From contig CM119372.1 of assembly GCA_051294905.1 (NCBI GenBank), forward strand, positions 12,278,001 to 12,342,000: a DNA stretch of 64,000 bases, in the 5' to 3' direction. Shown one piece after another: positions 40,965 through 52,284 of this stretch (positions within the stretch are counted from its first letter, which is position 1; the number at the start of each line of letters is the position of its first letter). A model generated the notes under the pieces. That model searched no databases. It was not told the DNA's origin and saw only the letters and a list, made by a program, of their open reading frames with translations. Source of the DNA: Botryllus schlosseri. Taxonomy: Eukaryota. Made by a program: the position numbers and the translations under genes.

Positions 40965-42545
40965 CAGGCCTGTTTATTTTTGGATATTTGGTTTTATTTT
41001 TGGAGATTCTCCAAAAATAAGATTTGAAAACATCCAAATATAAGCTTTTTTTGGATGATGTTTTTTCAAGTTTTTTGATGAAATGCATGAGTCAGAGCAG
41101 TGTAAATACTGTTAAAACAACCAGGAAACTCACAAACACACACAAAAACAGCATGTGTGTGCGGGAGGGGGTCTCCGAAACGCTAAAAGTACTTCCACTT
41201 ACTGGAAGGATCAGAGGCGACACGACAAGGGTTAAAGAGGCGGCATGGTATGAAATCGTGCGAGTGTGGTGCGGGCGGGACCTTGTGACGTAGCCCGAAT
41301 ACCGCCACCTCTACAACAATTACTTCGTCCACACGATGATGGGACTGAATGGCTACCTCCAACGGCAACAGGACTTGATCCAGGAAAAGAAAAGTATGTG
41401 CCCCAAGTTTGTAGACACATGTTGGTTGTCAATTAAGAAGATGACCACTTGGTTGACTAGACACCGTACCAAACTCCTCGGGGTTATAAACGATAAAAGT
41501 CCGGCCTGTGCACCTCCGCTGCATTGGTGGATCCAACTTATCATCCTCGAGCGCATGGCCACAAAGCTGAGCACTACCGTCACAAAGATTCAGGGACTTG
41601 GTCATCTGATCGTGGAGCATCAGGATGAGCTCCATCGCCTGGTCGAACGCCTTCGAGCTCGGTGTCCGCTGAGGACTGGGACAATGACACCTGCGGCAAG
41701 GAAGGTCCTCTGGTCAGAGGGTGCTGGACTATCAAGTTCAATGAGTCACGCAATTTTGTGGAGGATCAGAGTGTGCACTGTGCAGTCCTCGACCTTCTCG
41801 AGAATATCGACGAAGAAGAGAAGCAGTCCACGTTCGAGGCAGCCAGGATCCTTATAATAGCAGGGCTCATCGACGGCATAAAGAAAATTGAAGTTGCCGA
41901 CAATGAAAGGGTTCTGCCCTGTCTACCACATCAAGTGGTGCAACCTCGTTGGCAGGACAGAACAAACACTTCTTGCTCTTTTAGATTCTAATAATATAAA
42001 CAAGAGTGATACATATATGTAAGCTACTTCATTTGCAGCTCAGTGAATTGATCGACAAACACCGGGGTGAGCTGTCGAACAAGTGGACACCAGAGCAGAT
42101 ACAGAATTTCGAAGACCAATTCATATCCATGTCTGTCTGATACAAAATGGACGTCACTTTCAAGCGCATTATTGACGAGCGACAGTTCTTTGGACCCACA
42201 TGGCTCAATGTTTCCCACAACTGCGAAGGTCGAAGCCGATTTCTCGAAAATCAACTGGGAGAAAGGTCTCTACCGGGCGTCACCAACTGATTTTTATTTG
42301 GATGGCATTCTCCAGGCCAAAGACTCTGTGACGAATATTAGACAGTTAGATCAAGATCACTGATGATGTCGATGTGTTGAAGAACATGAATACATGATAA
42401 TAACATACTTTCGGTGAAGTTTTCTATGTAGTATTAGGGCTAAAAACACCTTCATTTCTTATTTTTGGAGAATCTCCAATTTGAAAACATCCAAAACTAA
42501 GCTATTTTTGTTATTTTTGGAGAAATCCAAAAATAAACAGGCCTG
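40965..42545 (+). mobile_element. hAT-like transposon with a frameshifted, partially deleted transposase
   Basis: TIR caggcctgtttatttttggat / atccaaaaataaacaggcctg; relic ORFs VRVWCG.DLV, GLNGYLQRQQDLIQEKKSMCPKFVDTCWLS, PACAPPLHWW, FPTTAKVEADFSKINWEK...TDFYLDGILQAK; no clear TSD. Confidence 0.8.
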
Positions 42546-43562
42546 TGTATAACTGGAGGGCTATGGTGACAGGTATAAATGTCGACTGAAGAATTATGAA
42601 ATAACGATTGGCGCCCGTTTCAAGTAGAGTCATATGAGAATAAAATAAAGTGAACTTAAAATTCTACCTTCCACTTAATACAGATACTGCAAGCTGCCGT
42701 TACGAGAAACTCCAAGAACGTCTCCAAAGAACGTCTCGGTTATGATATATATCAGCAGCTGTTGATTTTAACCATCGTAATGTTTTATTTGACGAGTACA
42801 AAATTTCACATCTTTGTCCGGTGTGCGTACAATACATACGCATACTACATAGAGAGGCCTACTGCTCGCCAAGCAGCAACGGTCAAACTGCGTTTAACTA
42901 AGCATAACCAAACAGCAATACATAAGTTATTATTTGAAACTAGGCAGAGTGGTGATTAGATTATTATCTTGCGGCGAGGTAGTGGCGTCTGGTGTGTATT
43001 GATAACCTGATATACAGCATGACTTACACTGTTCTAACAATCACAAAACAATGTACATCGAATATATATTTACTACGTGTGGATACCTCTTACGCAAGGA
43101 CGAGCAAAGCTAATACTTCTGACGTAACAATGAGCAGTGGTGTTTGGAAATCAACCGTTTGCGCTATCAACAACCTGGTATAATATCTCTTCCTTGTTCA
43201 CGAATGTTCGGTTATGTCATATTCATTGTACAAATAAAAAGTAATCGTTCTCTCACAAATAAATCGATTAGATATGTGAAGTAGTCGATTACGATTACTT
43301 TGGATTTTTTTCGAATGTAAACGATTGCGATTACGATTACTTGAAAATGCTGTAATCGTCGTAATCGATTACGATTACCAATCGCGATTACCCCATGTCT
43401 GGTGGTGAGGTAAAAGAAAAACGTCGACGATACGGGCAACAGATGCTGAGCCCGAAGCAAGATGCTTTTGGATCCGGATTTTAATATTCAAGACGTTACG
43501 TCTTATGGAACAGGATTAGATCCATATCCAGAAAAACTATATGATACGTACATCTCTAATCT

Positions 43563-43936
43563 TAGGCTTACCATATTTTGGAAATCTAAAAAGAGGACAC
43601 TTTTTCAGAAATTTGAGACTTGCAAACCCGGAGAAGAATTCTGAAAAATCGGTGAATTTTTCCCACTTTGTGATCGGTTGACTAAATAAATAAAAAAAGG
43701 TCAACTTTCGGCTCGGAGCTCAAATCACCGTTTTTCACTCCGAAATACCCGCCGGTGCGTCACTTCTATGCTAATTTACGGCATATCACTCGCATTTTGC
43801 TCTAAATGTGACCTAAATTTTCAAAAAAGAGGACAAAATCTCAAAAAAGAGGACAAAAGGGCGTCCTCCGAGGACACTTTCAAAAAAGTCAAAAAAGAGG
43901 ACAAATCCTCTTAAAAGAGGACGTATGGTAACCCTA
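43563..43936. mobile_element. hAT-type MITE (AAAAGAGGAC repeats)
   Basis: TIR taggcttaccata / tatggtaacccta; flanking direct repeat ctaatct. Confidence 0.8.
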
Positions 43937-44340
43937 CTAATCTACCTACTACCCATCGAATACAGATATTGCGAGCCTCCGTCACGAGTAACAAACAGAC
44001 TAAACTCGCTCTTGATTTTATTAATAACCGAGAGTTTACAAATCCGATGTTCCTACCACCAATAACTTGGTACAACGTAGCCTACTATTCCTTTACAAGT
44101 ATTTAAAAATGCTCAGTTTATCTCATAGCTCTCGTAATCGTTCTTTTACAAAGAAATAGATTATATGTTAAATAAATCGATTACTATTACTTCAGATTTT
44201 TTCGCATTTTATCGATTTATATGATTCGAAAAAGCTGTTGTCTTTGTAATCAATTACTATTTCAAATCACGATTACCCCATGTCTCATATATAGTCCATA
44301 TATAGTCTATAGACCTCCCCTTTCAAGTTTAGACGTGAAG

Positions 44341-44696
44341 CAGTGATTCCCAACGTGGGCGATGTCGCGTACAAACGGGGCGATAGGGGACGAAAATATT
44401 AGAACGGCTATATGTAACTAATCGGCACGAAATGCACGTGAAAACGGGTTGTTCTGGATCTGCCTCGAAAGTTGACTAACAAAAGGTAAACTCTCACCGA
44501 TTACACGTGGAGACGGGTCTTTCGGGAGTCATGTCGAAAAATTGACTTTTTTAGTCAATTCACCAGCGAGCAGAATTTAGTGGTATAAAATTCCCCGTTT
44601 ATATATTCTCTTTTTCGGTTCCAAAATATGGTGGGCGAAGATTTGCGTAGAGTTTGATAAAGATGCGATGATCCGAAAAAAGGTTGGAAACCACTG
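44341..44696. mobile_element. degenerate hAT MITE (cagtggttccc family)
   Basis: cagtgattcccaacgtgggcgat / ggttggaaaccactg; TSD eroded. Confidence 0.65.
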
Positions 44697-45177
44697 CCCT
44701 AGAGACAAACTATGAAGTCGCTACTTTGAAGTATAATTTTACATTGCTCCAACTGCTTCAACTGGGGTTAATCAATGACCGCATCAGTTGACCATGCAGC
44801 TCTGCATGTGCGCATTATACATATACATCGTGCCTTACCACATTTTTCCATGATAATCAGATGAAAGCATATGAGCAGTGTTCCACTTGATGTTCATTTA
44901 TTCTAATCGCGCATTTGATAAATTAACGACGCATTCTGAAACGCAGATATCCTTCGAACCCATACTCATCTATGTCGACCAATCTCCGAATTACTGCATG
45001 GGCCACATTAAAAGGGTATATCGGGTAGACTATACTAAGGGTCGACGATGCAGAACCACCGCAAATTACCTGAACAGCTGCAGCCATCTCTGTTGTGGTC
45101 GTGGGCACACCACGACCTTCATCCAACGGGGAGGATGTGACTGTACCTTCCATTGGTGCTGTATTGTTACATGCGAG

Positions 45178-45599
45178 CAATGTTCCCTCTAATTTTTCAC
45201 GCGGCTGCGCGCACTCACCAACTCACTACGCGGTCCATTTGACGACCGTGCGTAGCATAGGGATCCGAAACAGAGGACAAAGTGTGGACTAAAAGAGGTC
45301 AACACAAAGGATTTACCCGCATTTTCCGGTGATGTGTGGTGTTGACTAAAAAAAAAGTCGTCACTTTGTCTCGACTCCAAAATTTGACTTTCGCTGCGTC
45401 GGAATCGAGTTTTTCGTCACATTTTACTATAATTTCTGAATTTTTACATCAAAAATGGTCGTCAGTTTGGTCTGATGATCATCAGTGCCTTCTGCGAAAG
45501 ATATAGTGATATTTTTTGTGCACGGCAAACATTTTTCTGTGCGCGGCGACTTTGTCGGCAGTGCGAAGCCGCATACGCGCGTAGTTTAGAGGGGCATTG
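45178..45599. mobile_element. hAT MITE inserted in the last Wnt exon
   Basis: TIR caatgttccctctaa / ttagaggggcattg; perfect 8-bp TSD catgcgag (45170-45177 / 45600-45607). Confidence 0.9.
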
Positions 45600-45879
45600 C
45601 ATGCGAGGAATGCGAAAAGAAATTTCAAGGCCAGTCTTGCCTCTCAGCCATATCCCCGAGAATGCTTCATTGCATGAAGATGTTATGCGGATGTGGACAA
45701 GATCATTTGATAGGCAAAATATGTTATATAGTCATCCTATAATCTCGGTCGTCATCCCATCTCATATAGCTTGGGACATCTGATTAGCGATTCAGCGAGC
45801 TTTCGTTGATCCTTCAATGGTGCCTTTTATAATTATAATTGTCTAGATACCACCTCATGTCATTTCACACATTGTATTA

Positions 45880-46845
45880 GGGGAGATGTGGTACCGATGG
45901 ATCACTGGGACCGAAAATACTTGAAAAATTCTCCATGATAATTCCATGATTACACTCCGTGAATTTGTCTACAATTACATGCTGACAGAATCTTTCCTCG
46001 CATGCAAAAAAATCGACCCGCGTAAGTTATGGGGTCTGTGACGAATGATTTACGTTTTAGGGGGTGTAAAGTAAATTTGGATCGACATTTGCATTTTTCT
46101 ATATCACCTGTCAGATTAACAAACCCGCCATAATTTTTGATGTGAAGTATAGGGCTTGTATCAAGGTATATAATGGCACATATTTTCAGAATCAATACCA
46201 TCCTCGAGTGGACTATTTTCAAGTCAATTACAATATTTATGGGGTGGGGGACCTATGGCACCATAGCCAAATCAAGCAAAATAAATGGACCAACTAATCA
46301 CTTAACGATAGAAACTCGCCTACATATATGTAAGCTGTAAATCATAGTTACCTGTGGCGTTTTATCGCTATTACGAGGTATTTGAAAGTCAAAATGTCGA
46401 TTTGCGGGTAATATGTACGTGGCATTAATTTTGTAAGTTTAGGCGTAAATCAAAACATGATTTTAGGCCAACATTTGAGTAGATATAATCTATTTTATTC
46501 TTGAAGGTCGCGACGAAACATTCTTCATTGGCTTGCTGTAGCTTAGCTGATAGTACGCAACAAAACAAGTTAACCAATTTGAGTTTTTGAGCGTATGTCT
46601 CATAGGTCCCATGGTCGTGAGCCTTTGGGCCCACCGGGTGGGGACCGATGACACGTTCGAGCAACAAATTTTAAACGTTCATGAATATTTTTTGAAAAGG
46701 CGGATATTCATGTAAATCTCCGCGATAGGTAGAGCTTGTATCGAAGTGTTGAGACAGCAAAAGATCCGCTATTCTCGGCTGAAGTTTTGAGGGCCAGAGA
46801 TCATTTTGCAATTTTTGATCCGATCCATCGGTACCACATCTCCCC
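45880..46845. mobile_element. non-autonomous DNA transposon with TA TSD (Tc1/mariner-pogo-like)
   Basis: Perfect 24-bp TIR ggggagatgtggtaccgatggatc flanked by TA on both sides. Confidence 0.8.
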
Positions 46846-49800
46846 TATGCTTTAGTTCCGTCTTGACTTATTTTACATGCGCTGACAATCATGATTATTA
46901 GTAGAACTTTTTTGCCCATTCTTTCTTCTGCAACCTCACCATATAGCCTAAATAATATATTAGTGATGTCATATCTATAGCCATCATCCATTTACGACTG
47001 TACGTTATTCTTCCTTCGAAAACATAAGATAATGCGAATGTTCCACTTTACTACAAATTTCCCATTCCATTCATTTTCATGGGGCAAAAAAATCATAATA
47101 CCCTGAACTACACTGCGAAACATATCGGTGGAATTCGTTTAAAACCCCAAAGAAACGAAATGCTCCTATTTACAACTCGCTAATGCACATGCAATCTCAG
47201 AAAAATTATCATTATGACACATTTTGAATACACGTTATGTTGGATTTTGTAAATCCGGTCAAGATGCAAGATAAACTGTTTATGGATACCCTTGAAGACA
47301 ATACTCGAGTCGACCAAATGTTTAATGCAGCTCAGTCTCCATGCATGGGTGCCTCTTAGTGATTTTATCTCGTGAATATATATCTTGCATACAAATATAG
47401 CAAACTGTTGAGCATTCTATGTGATGCATTACTGCACAGCACAGTGTACAATGCACATAATTGTACATGCACACAAACGAACCAAATATTGTATGTTGAT
47501 AGTATTTTTTATCATGCGACAAAACACTATAAAAACATTCATCAAACAATCGAAGGGCCCAATTTTAATTAAATATGTTTTAAATGTATTTTCATTTTAA
47601 ACGCAACCATAGATGGTGCAAATCTCATGAGTTGTTTTGTGGATTCCCCACCTTAGGTATGATTTCCTATCAAGCCGGCAACGCGAAAAAAGATCCATAA
47701 ACGACAATAACCAATTCAGTTCTTCCCACCTTACACATAAGGGTGAAATATATACTATTGGCGTTGTGAAATAGTTTGTATCAGCTAAAAATGGGTGTGA
47801 TTATACTCTAATAGACACAGATGTAATAAGGCATTCGTGTTAACAGTGACGTTTTCCATTAAAAGTTCGAAGTTCAAGAAGTCATGGTATGGTATGGAAT
47901 GGGAAATTTGCATACTCCATACCCGTGTCAATCGTTCCATACCATATTATACTTACAATTTTCCATACCATACCAATATTCTTTCATCCATACTATATTT
48001 GATACTTTTTCCGTACTTTCGTAGTTATCTATATTTTGCTCGAATTTAATACGTTCGGGTAGGGTTGTCTCCTAACAGCATATTGGCAGCCTCAAAATTA
48101 TCTTATTCCTAGGGCAACTTTTTTTTAAACTTCCGGCAGCTTCCTAAATACTCAAAAGTTATGTAGTATGGTGTTTTTAGCTGTTTGGAGGAATCATATA
48201 TTGCAAATTATTGCAACTTTTCTTCATTTTTTCATGCAACTTTTTTCAATTCTTTTCGATTTTCCATGCAACTTTTGCATGTATTTTCGATTTTTTATGC
48301 AACTAACTTTTAACTGGAAATATTTGGCACTATATGTAAATAGATCGCTTGATTATTTCACTATAGTTTAAATTTGAGGTCCTTTCTGATTTGACGTAGG
48401 CTATATTCAGGCTAGACCACCGAAAATAATATTTTCACTGGCTCATTTTTTTCTGGCTATTGATTCTGTTGAAGTCGCTAATATTAAGTTTTGCTACAGT
48501 GCCTTGGATACGGAACGATTCGAGTATATCATACTCTAATGATTTCAAGGAACTTGTCCGTAAAATGCTCCTTTTTACTGCAACTTTTGTGAACAAGAAG
48601 TGCAACTTTCCGCGGATTAGACTGCAAGAAAAATTTGCCGTACATATTACGTATGCTTCTACTCTTCCGGTACGGTAGCCTATATCTACCACCCGGAGTA
48701 TATATGCCTTATATAGCCGTTGACTGTTAAAAAATAATAATGACCTAGTTCGCCGCCTTGCATCAGATCCCACATTGTATAATGTCCTCACAAAGATCGA
48801 TATCTTCAGATTGATGGCACTGCATTAGCAAATGTTCCCAGAGATGGCAACTACAGGTATTGTGATGACGTTTGAAACGAATGCCGGAAGTCGCATTCAC
48901 GTGGCTGAGCGAACAACGCCGTCAGAAATTCTCGGAACAATATTATACCTATTATCATTATCTGATACAGAAAAGTCAGACTTTGAAAACACGACGCGAA
49001 CCGCGGCTCTAGGAAGTAGACATTCGGAAAGCAGAAAACAAAATGGATCTGACGGTAAAGCGTCATAAAAAAGGAGATTTGGAAAGCTTCCCGGGCCGAT
49101 GACAAAATTCTCGGTTGTGTCTAAGATTTCATATAGATTTTAAGCAACCACGATTGATCCGTAATTGAAAACGTGACTGGCTATGAAGCCAAGACCACTG
49201 CGATGACTCTTTTTGATTACTAATTTTGCATACTGAATTAGATTTGCTACCTTCGGAATGATGTCTTCGTTGATCGACCAACTATACTCGATAGTTTGTT
49301 ACGCCCGGTGGCGCTATATAGCCGATAGAGTTTGATAGATCTGCCGTAAGTTATCCTAACTGCTTCTTGATATCCCCAAAGATCACACCACACTATACAC
49401 TGCACAACACAGCCATCTTCCTGGCGCCTTTCCTGTAACCTGAGCCGCCGCTCGACAATCGACAGCAATACATAAATCATTTTTCTTTATTTTCGCTGAG
49501 CACTAATCTGACGGATTGCTCGATGACTATATTGAAGAAATGAGACGTATGTAATGGGAGGAGCCCAGATGAAACTCACATCTTGTATTGTTGAAAGTGA
49601 TTACTGTTGTTTAAATATATCAAAATATAGATATGCTGGTTCGCATTAGTTAGTCTTGAATTTTCCATACAATACTACAAATGCCTTACTTGGCAGTCAC
49701 ATGAATGGCTTGGAATTGCCTGATAGTGATAGTAAGCCTACTGTAGAAGATCCCGCAGCTGCGATATAGAGGCAATTGTCACATCGACTTGGACAAGCAC

Positions 49801-49956
49801 GAGTGCACTGAGACAAACAGCGCTATAGCTATGTCACAGAAAGAATTTATTGTGAACCTATTTGACAATATAGTTGTACTTTCGTATCGGAAAACGATAC
49901 ATATTGAGCAAAGTACACTTCATGATTTTCGGTATAATGTTGGGTAGAGACTAGAG

Positions 49957-50333
49957 CAGTGGTTCCCAACCTTTTTCGACTGATCGCCCCCTTTTCAAGC
50001 TCAACGCCGATCATCGCCCCCCAGATTTTGTGAACTGAAAAATCGGTATACAATCTGTAATCATCGGCAGGTTGACTAAAAAAAAAGGTCAACTTTTCGG
50101 CTCGCTGTCGAATTTTACCCTTTTTCAACTAAATTTCCGTGGGTTGACTAAAAAAAAAAGGTCTTTTCTCCTACTTGACTCAAATATATCCGTTTCAACG
50201 CATCATCGCCCCCCTATCGCCCCCTTCGCTATTTTCGCCCCCTTTGTCCATTTTCGCCCCCTTCGTCATTTTCGCCCCCCTAGGCCGCCAAATCGCCCCC
50301 TGGGGGCGATATCGCCCACGTTGGGAACCACTG
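49957..50333. mobile_element. hAT MITE (CGCCCCC repeats)
   Basis: TIR cagtggttcccaac / gttgggaaccactg; perfect TSD gactagag. Confidence 0.9.
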
Positions 50334-52284
50334 GACTAGAGAGAGTCGCCAAAGCGAGTGTTGTCTCCAGCCTGCCAATTGGAATCGGCATCTTTATAGC
50401 AGACATATATACAATTCCCATTGAAATGGGACTGTCAAGTATTTGTTATCCTGTACTGTTTATCATATTGGCGGAGAAAATATTATGATAATAAAAGGAG
50501 TCGTGGTGAGGAAAAGAGTTTGGGAGGCCATGATCTTGGATGCTCGATGTAAATTTTTACTAGCACACCCAACACGAATGACGGACTGGTCAGTAGTTAA
50601 CGGTACAAATCAATGTCCAAGAGCATATCGGAGAGCCCACAGTGACACGTTATGTTGCTACCTGTTAGAATGACAGATATACGTCACCTGATTTGAGTGC
50701 GAGTATATGTGATGATATCAGACAATACACAAACTGAAAAGCAAGCGAGCGTGGTATTATGTCATACACGAAACCGAACCGCACACGTCACACATTCTGT
50801 GCCGTCCGTAGTATACGCTTGCGAAACTATCCGAATAACTTCCCTATACACGAATTTCAATCAGCGCTTAGACTTAGACTTGATATCAATGCGATGTCTG
50901 TCTTTTCATACCTTACCGGTACACCGGCATAACACGGTATAAAACTAACGGACTGCATAAGCAAGTTGTAAATGATGAGAATTTATTCAAATTTCGGATT
51001 TCCATTATGGAACAATGCAGAAAATGTGTCTGTTTCTCTGTCACGTTAAGGATGAAGCATCAGGCAGTTTGCAAAAGCGCAGTAACAATCAATTACATCA
51101 ATATGGCGGAAATCTCTTTCCCAGAATAGCTGGCGGACTAAAAAAGAGGGCCGTCAAGTATATCCGGGCGATTTTGGCAACATTGAGCCGCAATCGGAAC
51201 GCGCGCAGCGAAACGGTAGTGAAGCCTCGAAGCCACGAAAGTTTAAGAAAATATCAAGCGATACTGGAATGTGAAACACGAGTATACATAAAGAAATACA
51301 TATATAGATTCATATACCCTTTCATGGGAAGCATATAGTTTATAATAATATGATTTATTAATTCCAAACTAAAATCTCATTGCTTCAAAGAATACCTTAA
51401 AGACGCGCGAAAAGTAGCAAAATGGTAACGGAAATACTTGTAATCTCTCGTGCTAATGACGGAAAGTGAGTAAATGGCACGGAACGCTGAGACATATTGA
51501 CAGTCGACAACTAACTCACAGAATTACATGTTTCGCCGGGCGAAACCTGTCGCATACCACCACATTTGATCCCGTTGAACCAGCGAGAGCCCGATCGAAG
51601 ATGTTACAAAGGCGGCAACAACGCAGATTCAACAAACCAAAAGTATCGATATATAGACAGAGCTATGAACACTATCCTCTGACATTGTGAATCATAGATC
51701 TAACCACTTTATCTATATAGTTGAATGCGACATAATTAGCTTTGCGAATCAGGGCTGCGTGGCGGACTTCAGCTGCGACCACAATTGCCCACAGTCATTG
51801 CAATACCGCGAATGCAAAGGCAATGGCATCCGCACTGAGGGCATACTCCATTTTGTATTTGCTATTAATAGGTACCGGTAGCGACAGATCGAAAGTACGA
51901 TACGAGATTCGCAAACACACTGCGTCGTTTCAGATGAAAGCAGCACAAACAAGCACGGACGGGCACGAAGATGCTATCGGCGATTACAGTAGTAAATCGC
52001 TAGGTCCGTGGTATACTGCGATGATATAATATATGGTGTCTTTGTACATTGTACATAGATTGCACAGTGAAAGCCGTCCCAAGTCGCTCGAATAGACCGT
52101 CACTGTCTAGAATGCACAGTGAAATGCCGCGACTTGCACGTACAGACCTTTGCCCCCATCTTTCAGCCACTCGGAAGACTCGACATGCATTCACTCCGAG
52201 ATAGAACGACTGCGAAATGTCGCAGTGTGCCGTCACACTCCAGTGACGACGTTTACAACAATGTTGAAGACTGTTGCCTGGTAA

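Larger units (their letters stand above)
39384..43401. mobile_element. inner GATTAC-family hAT element
   Basis: TIR cagacatggggtgat / attaccccatgtctg; TSD gtggtgaa/gtggtgag. Confidence 0.8.
38613..44286. mobile_element. outer, older GATTAC-family hAT element hosting nested insertions
   Basis: Ends cagacatggggcgat / attaccccatgtctc; an internal segment at ~39019 resembles ~42604 of the inner copy; TSD not recognisable. Confidence 0.55.
30990..45640 (+). pseudogene. Wnt family pseudogene with intron-exon structure retained (subfamily unresolved; motifs point to the Wnt1/6/10 group)
   Basis: Exons: ~30990-31057 (REIWFCS, tentative), 34058-34146 (VFARTLQG|), 35365-35486 (TREAAF..LYAATIPCS..FCGC, two frameshifts), 35639-35787 (WEWEG/CDD..FVD..INRYN/NEVGRQ, two frameshifts), 35982-36279 (MRVMYKCHGLSGSCKVQT*RRSLPIFR), 44947-45177 plus 45608-45640 (LIYVDQSPNYC..GRRC..SCSHLCCGRG..CDCTFHWCCIVTCE|ECEKKFQGQSC). 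Splice phases match between exons. Confidence 0.9.

Noticed and set aside
44878..45192. intact small Cys-rich protein ORF
   Set aside because: It is the last Wnt exon; the start is intronic and the stop comes from a MITE TIR
48435..49480. possible NR4A ligand-binding-domain exons or another gene
   Set aside because: No nuclear-receptor LBD motifs in the frames examined; ORFs are short, stop-interrupted and unrecognisable
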